From: Pocillopora damicornis
Lineage: Eukaryota
Assembly (NCBI RefSeq): GCF_003704095.1
Contig: NW_020845317.1
Coordinates: 124,001-188,000 of the forward strand
Reading direction: 5' to 3'
DNA length: 64,000 nucleotides
Below the pieces are notes generated by a model, which saw only the letters and a program-made list of their open reading frames with translations, searched no databases and had not been told where the DNA came from. The position numbers were made by a program, and so were the translations under genes. Below are positions 34,416-47,946 of this stretch, in pieces. Numbering within the stretch: the first letter of the stretch is position 1; every line of letters begins with the position of its first letter.

Positions 34416-37400
34416 TTGACTAATTGTATAGCGAATGTTTGAAAGAGTTATATATGGGAAATGGTTACTCACTCGTCCATGATAGCACGTAACAACCATT
34501 AAGAAAGGCTTACCAGATTTGATTTCATTTTATAGCGAGCGCTTGAATGACTTAATGGAAAATTGTCAGTCACTTGTCCATTACTTAAGTTTTGCATCGC
34601 TAAACAACAGCTTTATTTTGCATCTGTGCATGAAGCCAGCTGCACGTCTTCGACTTCTTTACAGATCTGGACTCGCATGTCGGTAACAATGGATTCGTTC
34701 ATTTTCGCCTCGCAAACGCATTTAAAACTTTTCAATCAGATAAGATTACTTATTACTCATGATATTTAATCTGTAAATGACGGATTTATTGATAAGAGTT
34801 TCTTTGTTCAGTCTTTGTGGAACAGATTATTAAGCAAGAGTTTAAACTAATTGCTAATGTTGTCACATAACAATTCGAACAGCGACTAATCAAACCTTGT
34901 AATAAAAGTTTAAGTAGAATTCATTTTGCATATTAACCGAATTTAAAAGTTGCAAATGAAGATGGTGAATTTAAGCCTGGTATTTTAAATAAAATAAGAT
35001 GATATTCAGTGAATATGCTCTAAATTTTTGACTCTGAATTAAGCGCTCGCTGACATGCGACTTCAAGTCACCATGAATTTTTCCCTAGGTTAAACGGAAA
35101 TATTGATTAATAGTTTTGCTTATCGTTTTAGGCTCTTTAATCACTTTCAAACTCTTTTCTCGACAGCAGTTCATCCCTACTACCTCCATATCGTTATTTA
35201 TAGATAAGGGTGGCGTCACAAAGCATGAGCGTTCTTCAAAATTTAAAGTTCACTTCGAATAGATTACCATAGAATTTACATGACTATCCAGCGTTCATCT
35301 ACAATCAGTTCTTCCTAATTGGCACCGAAAAACCGTTTTAGAAACTGTAAGAACGAAATTTTTGATACTCACAATGGTAGTATGACTTCTTTATCGGATA
35401 GCCGTGAAAGTCCTCCAAAAATTACTAGATTTCCGAGCAAGCTTTCTTGATTGTCGTCCATGTAGACAATTCTCGTAAGTAAGCGCTGCCTTAACCAGAA
35501 GAAAACAAAGTTTACCGCCTCTGATGTACACCTGTACTATGTGATTAAAGTTAATCCCTTTGTTGGGATACCGCGTAAGATTTGTTGCAGCTTCATTACA
35601 ATTTTGCGGGCGTTTGCGGTGGGATACAACGAAGTAAATATTTCGAATTTCTTTGAAAAAAGTGATCGCGTATTTGTTTCCCAAAGTATTTCAAGTCTCT
35701 ATTATAAACGTTTTACCTTTTCACTTGTGAAATTTTTTTCTACCGATAACGAGTGCATTTAATAACGTGGGGAAATTCAAAATTTAATTTTAATTATTTC
35801 CTCTATGACACACCTTAGTGTTAGGTTGTCGTACTGGTGTCACTTCCTAGCCTGACTTGTTAACACTTCCCTTTTCTGTTTGTTCGGATGGTTGAATTAA
35901 GAATACTGTCAACAAAGTAGATTGCTTTTCGGATAGATATCACTATGCAGGTAGCAGTGGGGGTAGCCAAGGAAACCGCCTTAAAAAGTTACACACTTCA
36001 AAGCTAATAGAACAATGGTTTTCGGGAACATTTTTTTTTCAGTATTGACAACTCGCCGCGCATCATATTCAAAGTCAGCCAGTTTTTTTTTCGCACCGTC
36101 TGCTTTTAAAATGTATTTTCTTGGAAGTCATATTTGGAACCATTCGAAACTGTCTGTCACTCTTTAAGTTGTCCGCTGAACGTTATGTTACGTATATTAT
36201 GCTGATATTTTTATCGAGTTTTCTTGTTATCCGGGAGCTGTAAACCAAAAGACAATAACGGGAATGGTCCCACCATCTTCTCTTTACAACTACATTCGTT
36301 TGCAGAATGGTAAATCTCACATTGACGAGCATTTATCTTTTTGAGAATTCTCATTTTGTGTTCGATTTTGAGTTCGATGTTAATTTTTTTACCTCAGTTG
36401 AGATTCAACGTTTTCGCACCTCTATACCCCGGGTATGAATGCCGCCGACCCAATTGTAATGCGACACTGAACCCCCTGGCAACTTGTTTTGACAAACTCC
36501 CCACTGGAATTTTTTCTTACGTTTACAAGGCAGTAAAAGTTATGTCGTATGATCGAAAACAGATGTCAGAAGTTTGCGAAGTCAGTTAAAATTCTGCGTT
36601 GGATAAATTCGGAACTTTTTTAACGATGCGAGAAAATTATGATGAGAAATTTAATCAGATTTGTTGACAATAACCTTACCTCTACTCACCACATACTTTA
36701 ATTTGCATTTTTAATCTTAGGAAACGCAAAAGCGGAGCACAAAACGAAAATTTACACAGAGTTCAACCTCCTAGCTTTCATATTTCTTTGACAGATCTTT
36801 CAGTTTGACGAAACGGTCACTTCTCCGTAAACTGTTCCGCAAAATAAGCTGTAATAGCGCGCGTGAGGTCCAGCTTAATCAACTCAACGTCAGCGTTAGC
36901 TAGTCTTCAATTTTAATCAAATGAAATTGTCTGTGAATCGGAGTGATCCTGGGTGTTGAGAAAGTGTTTCCGCATAGACCAATGAATTTGCAGGAAACCA
37001 ATTTTGAAACAGTAAAAAGGCGTTACTTGGAACAAGGTCGATTTTTGTAGGGGGCTTCTGATAAATCGTAACTTTGCATTCGTTGCCGAGTAATCTATCA
37101 TTACGATATCTTTTCGTGTATTTTCTGCGATCAGTCGTGAAATTTCGCCAAATGATCACTACTAAGTTGGCAGGTATGCTGTCACTACGGCAATCACGAA
37201 CAACAACAAAATAATATCAGGCAAAGAAATTGAATTGGCTAAAATAACACAGCAGCACGAAATTTTAACTGAAATGTGTATTCCATTGCTTTTAATAGGT
37301 TAAGTTCAACAAAATTACGCTCTGCTGGTGACCTTACCGGTATTAACCAAATTCACAGCAGTGTTTTGATAGGAAACATTGCATCCTTCGCCGCCAAGTT

Positions 37401-39771
37401 TGTCAGGTAATACTGTAATTTTGCCTCACCAAACAATCAGCGACAGCGTGAAAAAATTTTAATGCGGCTCCCACATGCATCAACATGAAGACTACGTTGA
37501 TACAACACCACTAGTTTTTATGAAATTTAAACTTCCCAATCCGGCCTTTTTGATTTTGCAGTGAGTTTGGTAACCGTTGGGAAATTTTTTTAAAAAAAGT
37601 ATCTAAAACTCGGTAGTAAGAATAATTGTGCATTGTTCCTTGAAAATGTTTTTGCTTTTACGACAATGTGGGTCACTCTTTAATTTAACTGAAGAGGCTT
37701 GCCTGGAAAAAAATCATGCTCTGTTTCAAGTGCTAGAAAAATCTCTGAAATAGACGGAAGTTTTTCTTTCTTTTGAATGCTTTGGCCTCTTCCTACAGCT
37801 TGCTGTGTTTGTCCCACAAGTAGAGTTTTTAATTGCTTTCCCAGACGGAAATTGAAAACTGTGAAAGTTAATTGAAATCACAACTGTTGTGAACATACAC
37901 GCGAAGTCGATTGACAAGATAACATTGAGTTTTTAATTTAGCATTATTCAAACTCACGTCTAGAATCTTGACTTGTCTTTCGCACGTATTGGGGTCAAAT
38001 GCAACCTTTTATAAATCAATACCTCAGCTCTTTTGTTCAAAATTAATTGTCGAAGCTCTCGAAGCACTCCCTTGAATCACCGTCTTTGTCTTACAGTTAA
38101 TTGCTCACACGACTTAGATCAAAACAATGGCTTACCTTCGTTGGAAATTATTAACTCTAAAATTCATTAGCACGTTTTAAAAGAATGCAATAAAGGCCAA
38201 AATAACGGCAGCAAGAAGTTTAAATTATATATATTTTTAAAAAGTATTTTTAAGTTACTCATATTTAACCTTTTTTTTTATCTCAATATTTAATGTTTTT
38301 GATATGCGTTTTAATAAGATACTAGCGCTCGTGGGCCATTTTAACTAAATTTCTCTGTTATATCCAATCGTTTATAAATAATTTCTTTATTTCTAGATTT
38401 ATTTCCTTTGGTTTGCGATTCCTATTTTATCATTTATGTGGTAATGAAAAATGAAATAAGAACTTATTACGTCGGCCATCTTCACAATCTTTTCTTTTAT
38501 CAATATTATCTATACGTGTTAGAACTTGAGATGATCTGGTAAAGTAAACGGGCATAAACCTTTGATCTCATGGTTGGATCAAAAAGGGCTTAAAATGATG
38601 TCGCTGAGATTCACTGTGAACTGATATCGTTGTATTTCGGTCGGCAGTTGTACCTGCAAAGCCCTTCTTATAAGTCGGGTCGCTATAGCGAAATGCAATT
38701 TCAATGTCCTAGCCTACACTGTGAGCAGATCATGTCAAGATCTTCTCTGACAAGAAGCAAAGTAAGAGATTTCTACTGTCATCCAAAACAATGCAACTGA
38801 CTCTGTTCACTGTAACAAGTAATATTGCGATGACTGAGCTTTACCTTCCAGGAATTAACGCAGATTATTGGTGACAGGTTCATATTATGAGAACAGGCGA
38901 TTAATAATTGTTACTTAGCCGTGGAGATTATTATGAAGTGGACCTTGCCCGCTTTAGATTTATAAAGTTTCGAAACCTTAGAGACGCTGTGTGTTTCCAA
39001 AATTTCGGGTCTCTCTGGTGAATGTTAACTTAAATTAATCGACCTCAGTGAAAGAAATATATACTCAAACTTACCTCCTATTAAATGACGAATTTTTGCT
39101 CCTTTTTTCGCTATTCTCTCTTCTCTCTGGGAGATAGTTGTTTCAATATGCTCGTGTTACTACATACACTGTCCTCAGCGTGAAGCTAAAATACCCAACA
39201 TGCGAAGTTACTTCAGATTTTGTCAGAAAAAATAATACTTTTTTAATCTGTTGACTCAGTACAGAGCGGCGCTTGTCAATCTAACCCTGACAGCCAACAT
39301 AGAGCGAGACAATGATGAAAAGAAAGGATTTAGGCGGAAACTTTCGCTCTGTTGACATTTTCTGCGCGTTTTCATTAAAAAGGCTATTTTTCGCCCCTAT
39401 TGTGGAGGGCTTCGAACAGGAATATTAATTGCGACTAAAACACACAATTAGGGTTCGCCAATGGCGAGGCGTAGATGACAGCTGTTGTCAGAGATCAATG
39501 GCGTGCGCGTTTAACAGTCAAATCCCGATGTTTTCTTAAGATTGTTGATTCAATTTACCTGCCGTTGCCAGCAGTCATCGTGGAGAGTCCGTGATTAGCA
39601 AGCGCTTGTGAAATCCTTGCCGTCAAATTCAAGCGACAAGGATGGGATTTTGAATTTCAAAAAAAGACGACAGTTTAAAACTCAATAAGACCCGCTTAGC
39701 GTCTGAAAGCCGGGTAACGTTCAAGACGTTGAAGATCGATCAAGCAGAGCTTGATCAAGCAGAGCATTGTC

Positions 39772-40302
39772 ATGGAGAGCGCAAAGATTCCCATGCGAGG
39801 TAAAGTTAAAGATGCCGAAGCTGAGGCATTGCTAAAATTGCTTCGACGAGAAAAGGAGTTTAATGATCGGTTCTCGGCGCCGCAAATTCATCAGAGGACT
39901 CCTTTACCCGCAATAGGAGGCAGTGGTAACAACACCGAGACACAACAAATTACAAGTTGCGACAGAACAGATGGAGCATTCCTGACACAAACATTTGAGA
40001 ATGAAACTGGCTTCTCCAATTCCGACATTGGGCATAGCAAGGAGTTGGTTAATGACTCAAAATATTTATGGTCATCAAAACCAGACGTGAACAGTAATTC
40101 TCAACCTCCTTCGTCTTCAAAAGAGTTCTACATTCCCCCGTTCACGTGGAAAGGAGAGCAAAGTTCGTGCTACTCCAAACACGAACGACAAAGACATGGA
40201 CGAACTTTGCCACCCCATGAAATACCCGTTAGTCCCTATTCTTACCTTCCCGAACGTCCCTCGTGTCCTAGACCAGAATCACCGAAGTTCTGTGAGGATT
40301 AA
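39772..40302 (+). CDS. Uncharacterised disordered protein (176 aa), probable paralog of ORF 28605
   Basis: gtcATGG start (first ATG of the tracked ORF); IPxRxKxxDxExxAxLxL, LPAI and ERPxxPxP motifs. Confidence 0.78.
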   Translation: MESAKIPMRGKVKDAEAEALLKLLRREKEFNDRFSAPQIHQRTPLPAIGGSGNNTETQQITSCDRTDGAFLTQTFENETGFSNSDIGHSKELVNDSKYLWSSKPDVNSNSQPPSSSKEFYIPPFTWKGEQSSCYSKHERQRHGRTLPPHEIPVSPYSYLPERPSCPRPESPKFCED

Positions 40303-42997
40303 TTTAACTTCGATTGGAAACTTTCAACCCGTGCAGGCGGTGAGCTTGGGTTAACAAACCTTGACGTGTTCAAATGTTTTTTCCCGATGTGGAACAAGTT
40401 TGTAATATGCCTGCTCTTTTGACGAATGTATCAAGTTAAATTTCCATCTTTGAATAGAAAATTCCGCTGGATAGATCTCAGCGCTACAACATAGTGTGAA
40501 GTTAATAAGAGTTCATTGCGACATTCTTTAAGAAGCAAACTCTCGTTGAAGGAAAGGGAAGGAAAACACCGCTCGGTGTAATTTCGCATATCGTCTTATG
40601 GATCTTTCAAACATCTGTACATAGATACATTGATACCTTATCATAAGATAAAAAAGTCATATGTTGTGCGCCTCAAGAAGTTAATTAGCTTTCTTGGTCG
40701 GTACAATTCAAAACTAATCTAATTGTTGGATAACGTAGTGACATAAAAACATGGAGAACTGTGGTTGGCACAAAGAACTCTCAATGGGTTTTGGAGTTTC
40801 GTGGGCTGAAATCAATATGACTTTAGCAATCTTCCTCTGGACACTTTTACTTGTAACAATGAATTCAGATGTCAAGATCTAGGTTATGAAATTTGTGGTT
40901 ACAAGGATTTTGAACATGAAACGATTGACACTAATTCCCAAGAACAACAAATCGCGATAAAAAAACCCTTAAACTCAAGTACTTGGAACCAACGGGTTCG
41001 CGAGTTTCCACGGCGACGTGATCTTGTTTTTAAACTAATTTTCTGGGATTGATAACTAACAGTGTCAACCGCAAAGTAACAGGAAACTAAAATAACAGGT
41101 ACAATTTGTCACAAGACAATTCACGCGGCCATCCATCTTAAAATAAAAGTTACGACCTTGCTTTGGTCTCTCTTCAAAACATCAAGGGGAAAGTTGAATC
41201 AGTCGTAACAGTAGTTTGAGTTCAAAGTGGTTAACTTCGCTAACTTTCTGCTAATGTGAAACTATATCCCCAATAAACGGTTATTCATTTCATTTGCTAT
41301 TCTTGTTTCCCAGCACGATTTTACGAATGTTTACTTTATTCGAAGGGAAACAATTGGATATTTTTCACTAAAAGGGTTCGATGGTTGGCGCAAGTTACGA
41401 ACGCTGCACGTAAGGTAGTTAAAAACAAAACAAAGAAAAGTTGAAACAAGAAATAAAAGAGTCGAAAACTATAGAAGACTTTCAAAATGTGGGTTCTTCT
41501 TTCAGTTTTGAAGTCGTGTTTGTGTTACGAGTTTCGTATGTTAATCGACCTTCACACGAGTTTTGCATTTGCATAATTGAACTCGAGTTTGTTCGAGATC
41601 CTTGTGTAAATAGTAAAACAAGTAAAAGCACTTGAGTAAAACCATTAATGGGTTGCAAATTAGTTTGAAAATCAGATGTTGCAACTTGATAGGCAATTTT
41701 AGAAACAGTGGGCAGTCATTTCTAAAAGCGAGACAGCTTTGCATCTGCCCTCACGAAAAGCCCTTCTATTTGCTTCTTGTTATCGTTTGCATAGTTAATA
41801 AAACAGACTTACAGTAAAAATAAAACCAGACAAGGTATTTCTAATATAATTGCAATGGAGTGATACTAATTTACAGTCAGCCCTTTCTAAAAGAACGCGC
41901 AGTTTGTGCGTAGAAACATAAGTGAATACTTAAATTACTTGGCGAATACTGAGTGAAAAGAAATATGGAAGAATAACCTAAAAGTCCAATTCGCGTGTTT
42001 TTCGAGACGAAATTTACGCTGTCGACTTAAGCGTCGTTTCGTATTTTGTTTGAACTGCGAAATATCTTGTCTTAAACAGAATTAGCGATTTCGTGAGAAT
42101 CCACTGAGGTCGTTTACTGAATTGGAGCCAATTATCAACATCAACTGTTTAACTGTTTTAAATGTGCCCTTTTTTTCGTTTTGATGCGCGTTGTGTATCC
42201 AGCGAAATTTGCTTGGTAGACGTTTGAAATTCAGTGTTCAACATTAACCCTTTCAAGCTGTTTATGTTGCGAAGTTGTCGCCGGCGTTGGATAGAGGACC
42301 TTCACGAGCAAGGTGGTGAGAGAAAGAAAAAGCAGTGTTTCTTTATGGTCGCCTGGTGTTTTTATTAAATAGCAAAAAGGAATGCTACAAACAGAAAGTA
42401 TGAATATTATAAAGAACTTTGAAACAGTGAGGCCATTATACAAACGATCCGTGAAAACAAATTGAACCCGCCAACAGTTGAAATAATTGAGACGACGAGG
42501 GCTGATAACCGCTAATAGAACGCAAAACGGCAATGTAGAGTCCAAAAGGAGAAAAAATGAAGCTGTGGACACCAATTTGATGTGGTTATCTTTTTTTTTT
42601 TTTGCACGGAGTAGCAGCAAGAAAAACAGCAATCCGGTAGCAAATACCGACTCTATAATTACTGCACATGGCGATGACCTTACAGCGATTTGTTCTTAAG
42701 GAGCTTTATGTATATCTTCGGTTTTCGATTGGCCGTTGACTTTAAGTGTGCATTAGCTAATTGCACTAAAGTCTGATCAAGGAGGCTTTTGTAAACAGTT
42801 TAGGGTGACACACGTGGAATTTAAAGTGAAAACATTAATGAACGGAAAATAAGTTGTAACTCAAAGCGCGAAAATAGTTAACTTTCCCTAATAAGGCAAC
42901 TGTCCTATGCAGGAAAAGGTGGTCGCAGCGGAAACAGCGGCAAAGTTAGTGCGATGCTTGTGGAATGGGGACGACAATATTTCCATAGTAAATGAAT

Positions 42998-43009
42998 AAA
43001 GGGGATAAT

Positions 43010-43046
<37 letters not shown>

Positions 43047-43236
43047 TATAACAGGGTAATTTAGTATTATCAACTGAGTTGCTAAGTAAATTGGCCACTG
43101 TAAACGGTTTTAGAGCTGACATTTCAAACAATGCTTTCATTCGCTCTGACGGAAGGCTAACGCTCGAAACGTAAGCTCTAAAACCTTTTACGGTGGTCGT
43201 ACGTTATCAACTCAGTTGATATTACATAATTACCCT
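42998..43236. mobile_element. Family C palindromic Penelope-like repeat
   Basis: ttatcaactgagttg / ttatcaactcagttgat arms around a hammerhead-like core. Confidence 0.72.
43143..43176 (+). ncRNA. Minimal type I hammerhead ribozyme-like motif (degenerate)
   Basis: GCT-CTGACGG-AAGGCTAACGCTC-GAAA-CGTA-AGC: stem I GCT/AGC, CUGANG(A>G) box, GAAA box, palindromic ACGT stem III. Confidence 0.55.
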
Positions 43237-43653
43237 ATTTCCACAGTAACACTATCAACACAAAATGGCGGCATTTTGAAAATTCCCATTGCTTGTTTTC
43301 AGCTTATGTTTGCAAGGGAAGAATCGTGGCATGCGCACTTATTTCCCTGCTGTGTCGTCGCAGCGGTCGAATGCTTGCGCATATGCGAACATTAGAATAA
43401 TTGAGAATCTTTCTGGGAGGTCCAATATACATGTAATGCTTTCATGCCAAAAAACTTCAACAATCATTGAGTAACAGTGTTTTAAAAGCGTATAACTTTA
43501 AATAAGGCTCAAAACAAACTAGTTAACGAGCAGAATACCTTAAATTTGATATACTTTGTGCACGAGAAGTCTAAAGTTTTCCTTTTCCCAACTTTTTCTT
43601 TGTCTCGCCGATTTCTAGGAACATTCAAAATTTGTTTTGTAAATTTTGGTTAA

Positions 43654-44234
43654 GGTGATTCCTCAGTTTTGCGCCGCGCATATTCTATTGCGCATTGAAA
43701 TAACGTAATCAGGGGAATGAGCGCACGCGCATTTCGAGAATACGGTATTGTTTTTCAATCCATTTATTTTTGCATAATTTCGGTGTACAATTGATCCCAT
43801 TTAAATTGGGGAAATTGAAAAAATTATATTGGAAGGGAAGAAAAGATAAAGCGTGCATGAAGCCCGTCACACGAGGATACAAATTATGACCTTGAAAGGA
43901 ACGACTCCAGGCACGTTTTGGGTCGTTTGGTTGATTTTCCTACAACTTAGATATCAAATTATTTCATACACTCGAGACTTTCTACCTATCAAGTTTTTTT
44001 AAATTTATTTTAAAAACTTCCTGCTGCAGCTAATTGCACCGTGAACCAATGAATTGACGCGCGTGATTTGTGCCAGGCATAAATGGGGTAAGTTTGGCCC
44101 ACTATATCCCCTAAACAAGCACGGCGACCTTTTTTTTTTTTAATTGTACTTTTCGAAACCCGCATTAGTAGGAAACTTTTAAGGGAAGTTTTCAAAAAAA
44201 AATTGCTCGATAACTTTATTTCTGAGGAATCACC
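43654..44234. mobile_element. Non-autonomous DNA transposon, Kolobok-like (581 bp)
   Basis: Perfect 13-bp TIR GGTGATTCCTCAG/CTGAGGAATCACC flanked by TTAA (43650-43653) and TTGA (44235-44238). Confidence 0.75.
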
Positions 44235-47200
44235 TTGAGAGAAACAAAACAATTCTTTCAGAAGATGGTCGCTCTTGGGAAGCTGTCATAACGAGAAAGT
44301 TGAATGTATTTCTGAAAACCTTCCTGTGAGAATTCGATTCCCAGCCGACTACACAAAGCTTAATCGTACGCATTTTTCACAGGAAATGAAAAAAGGGCTA
44401 TTAATTTCACTGGCTCTTAACTCAAACCAAGTGCGTCGCTCATGCGTAAATTGAAAAATATGAAAAATGAAAAAAAACGCTAACCTTACTTGGCCGACCC
44501 AACATTAAAGAGAATACCTTTTTCACTATTCTATCTTCTAACAAACAGGATGAAGTTGTGCTACATTTTTTCCATATCCACGATCTCATGGTATTCTTCC
44601 AATCTAAAAATCTAATTAAAAAAAAAATCCTCAATCCGTGAGTTATGTAAGCCAAGTCTGCTCATTCGAAAACCTCTTAACCTTCGTCAATGCGTTGTAG
44701 AAGAGGACGAAGATCGAAAACAGGTGCCATGAGAAATTGTTAAATGGCAAAATAATATTCAACTGCTAAACGGTCCACCCAGCCAGTATGAGAGTCCGCA
44801 ACAATTAGGGCTCTGAGGCTGTAGAGGCGCTAAGATTGCTCGAGTCTGAGTCAGGGACTAGGACTGGTGGTGAAGACTGGAGCGAATTTAAGGCTCGGCA
44901 GCTCAGGGACGCGAAAGAAGTGCTTAGATTTGATTTCGAACAAACAAGTCTTCCTTCACTCTAAACAAACAGGTACAAAAAATTAAGGGATTTGGACAAG
45001 TGATTTATTTACTAAAAGGTCTGCTTCTTCTCTGCAATAGTGGGTATCCATGAGCTCAATTAGTTAAAACATATGCAAATAAATTCTAAATATTCCTATC
45101 ATTTGCAGAAAAAAAAAAATTGTTCGTGGTCAATGTTATCCTCTCCTATTGCAGCAAAATTAGACTTGTTTCGAATTGTGTTATTGCTCTCTGTTGACCT
45201 TTGTGACAGATGTAGAACAAATGTTCAACATTTTCGTCTTGTACGTGAGAAATGACATTCTACTACAGATTATGTCGGTAATCTATGACGTACAAACTAA
45301 CAAGTGGCGTGAAATTCACAATACCACTGAAGGCTTAACTGGATCATCTGGTCTCACGTAATCATAATTCCTGGCTTTAGTAAAACACGAACTGGTCGGA
45401 ACACCCATGCGAGCGCAGCTCATTGAAGATGCGAGTATCGCCTAGGCCTGTCCCGATTATGCTTGTAAAATGCAGGAAAGTTGCTCACTAGAAAGCAAAA
45501 ATTGCGGAAACCTTGCCAAAAATCCAGAAAGTTTGTACCTATTTTTCAAAAGTTGTCGCCAAAATTTCTTGATCTTCTATGTAAACGTAGATTAAAAATT
45601 TTATTTTTCGTTATTCACAATAATTGCTAACATTGGTCTTGAAAAAAAGCTTGAAACTTAGCTTTAAAGAGTTTTTCGCAAATATTGGTGAAATTTAAGG
45701 ATTCTTAAGTCTAATGGGATAAAACACATGGTTCATTTGACGTCCTGCCGAACGTCATCTTAGCCAATTATCCGCTTTAGTAATAGGCAAAGATCACTAT
45801 AGATCTGCGAAACTTTGTCAAGTGACAGATTATATATTAGTTTTTCATGAAATTGTTTACACGCTTGATATGTGCTCTTAACCCATATTTTTCTCAAAAC
45901 TTGCTCGAAGTTACTGGTATCTCCACTAAATTTGAATCAACAATTACATTGTGATATCGTCATGAGCTGTCTTCCTCCATTATCAGATAATGAAAAGAAT
46001 AATTGTTTTAGTGATGTACACACTCGCACACGAAGTTTCAAAACGAAGATATAGCGCACAAGATTTAGATTTGAGTGCTCGATCATTTCTTGCGATCAGC
46101 AAGCTGTGACCGATCCGTGAAAACCCAAACGGTACATGCGCAAAATGGATTTCCAAATCTGGTCACCATCCACTGATAATCTTGTGAAAAGCTGACGCAC
46201 ATGACAAATCCAGGCCCCGTCTTGATGCAGAGGATACAGGACGCGTCACAATAGAGCACCGCCTCATTAACCCATTGTTTACCTCGTTCTTTCGTCTTTT
46301 TGTTTTCTACTGGTTTATGTTAATTGTGTCTACTATATTAAGAAAAAGCCTAAATCCATAAGATGTCAACATTGATAGTTAGTTTAAGTTTTCGCAGGAG
46401 AATTTTTAGCACATTTTTCAAATGAATGTCGAATAAGCCCAGGATTGCTTCCGTCTTCGGTGTTAAAAACCAATCGCAGCTTGCTCACTCTCGTTATTCA
46501 CACGTGCCTGGAAACGTGACGGAAAAAATTTTGCATAACAAAATTACTTTGTAAGGATGACTAGCTCAGTCTGTTGGTACCACAACGTTCTGTCTGGACA
46601 ACGTTTGAAAAGTAAATCTCACTCGTCCATGAAAGACTCATGCATGCATGAAGAGTTTCGCTTGAGTTGCATGGGTTGGAGTTTCCTAACTAACTTAAGA
46701 GAGACGTCTTCAACGAACATTATCTAAGATTGTAATGTTTAAATATGTTGCGTAACAAATGTTTTGCTTTGTGATTACACATAGATGCTTCTGTACTTTT
46801 TGAACGTTGCTTAACACTAAAATGAAACTTGTAAGCTGTAAATATTTTAGGATATTTAACTCAATTGGAGCTTTTCCTGGTATGATTGTTTTTCACGATT
46901 ATTTTGGTAATGGTTTATTTCATCGTTCATTGACGTTATTGTGATTTAAAAGTATAGAAGTGAAATGAAAAACAAAACAACTTTGTAACCAGTAAACTCA
47001 TGCAACAAAAATCTCATTTATTTTGGATATTTTCATCTCTCTCAATTCAAAATAAGATATCTGACAAACAGTCATAATTCCTCTAATCTATAAAATCAGG
47101 AGAAACGAATGCTAGTGCTTATCGATACATGTGAATGATACACTCGTTATATTTTACGTAAGGTACATGCTATTTATTTTACAACTCAAAGTTCTTTTCC

Positions 47201-47293
47201 ATTTCAGCAAAAAATATTAGCGTCAAACGTGTCAAAAATTCGCTTGCAAGACTGCCTTAGGTGATTCCTTTATCGAACTGGCGTGGCGTGATC

Positions 47294-47946
47294 TCACATC
47301 AGTTCGATTAAATAAGTTGTTTGAACAAACTCGAATCTGTAAACATTTGCTTGGTAGTCCCTCAGTAATGCAATTTTACCATAATCAAACTGCAAAGTCC
47401 AGGGTACCTGTAAAGTGGCAGAGATAAAAGTGGCTAAGCAGTTTTTTTTTAGTAAAGTCACAGAGTGTTCAAGTCCCGCTTGTGAAAAGCTATACGCCAC
47501 GTTGAGTTCTCTTTGGCTTCCATAACTTTTAAGGGTCTACTCTGATTTGGGATGTCCTGAGTTTGTGGGTCTACACCATTTGAAGACGTCACCATTTCTG
47601 CCGTGTTAGCTTGCTGTACCTCCCGTATAAGAGTGTTGCACAGAATTCTTGCCATCTGCTTGGATAGCTGCTCGGTAATGGATGGACTTCTTTTGCGTAT
47701 TCTTGTCATTTTGTTATCTAATCGTTCTCCGGACGAAAACTTCATTTATAAATTGCCAGGTTATAGATTTTTCTTGTGCTCTGTACGCTCGAAGGACTTG
47801 AAATTTGATTACCGAGAGCTTGTGTAAGCTGTTTCAAAGTTCCCGATGGAAGTTGTGAGATCTCTACTAACTACGGGCCACTGGTTTTCGGTTTTTATAT
47901 CTGAATATTCTTCATTAAGCCCGGCCTAGTCGCGGCTCAAAGACAT
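47294..47946 (-). pseudogene. Possible short or decayed ORF of the cluster type
   Basis: 95-aa ORF (47458-47745; RIRKRSPSITEQLSKQMARIL) with cluster-like composition. An in-frame upstream ATG at 47946 is separated by four stops, which is near random expectation, hence low confidence. Confidence 0.25.

Noticed and set aside
39281-39520. Telomerase-RNA-like template CTAACCCT followed by a stem (caacatagagcga/tcgctctgttg)
   Set aside because: The loop is A-rich rather than the U-rich triple-helix strand, and no P6.1 or H/ACA domain is evident. It is more simply the regulatory region upstream of ORF 39772.
42231-42699. Hydrophobic 133-codon ORF resembling a membrane protein
   Set aside because: No ATG, crosses a T13 run, no recognisable family motif; T-rich composition can explain the hydrophobicity.
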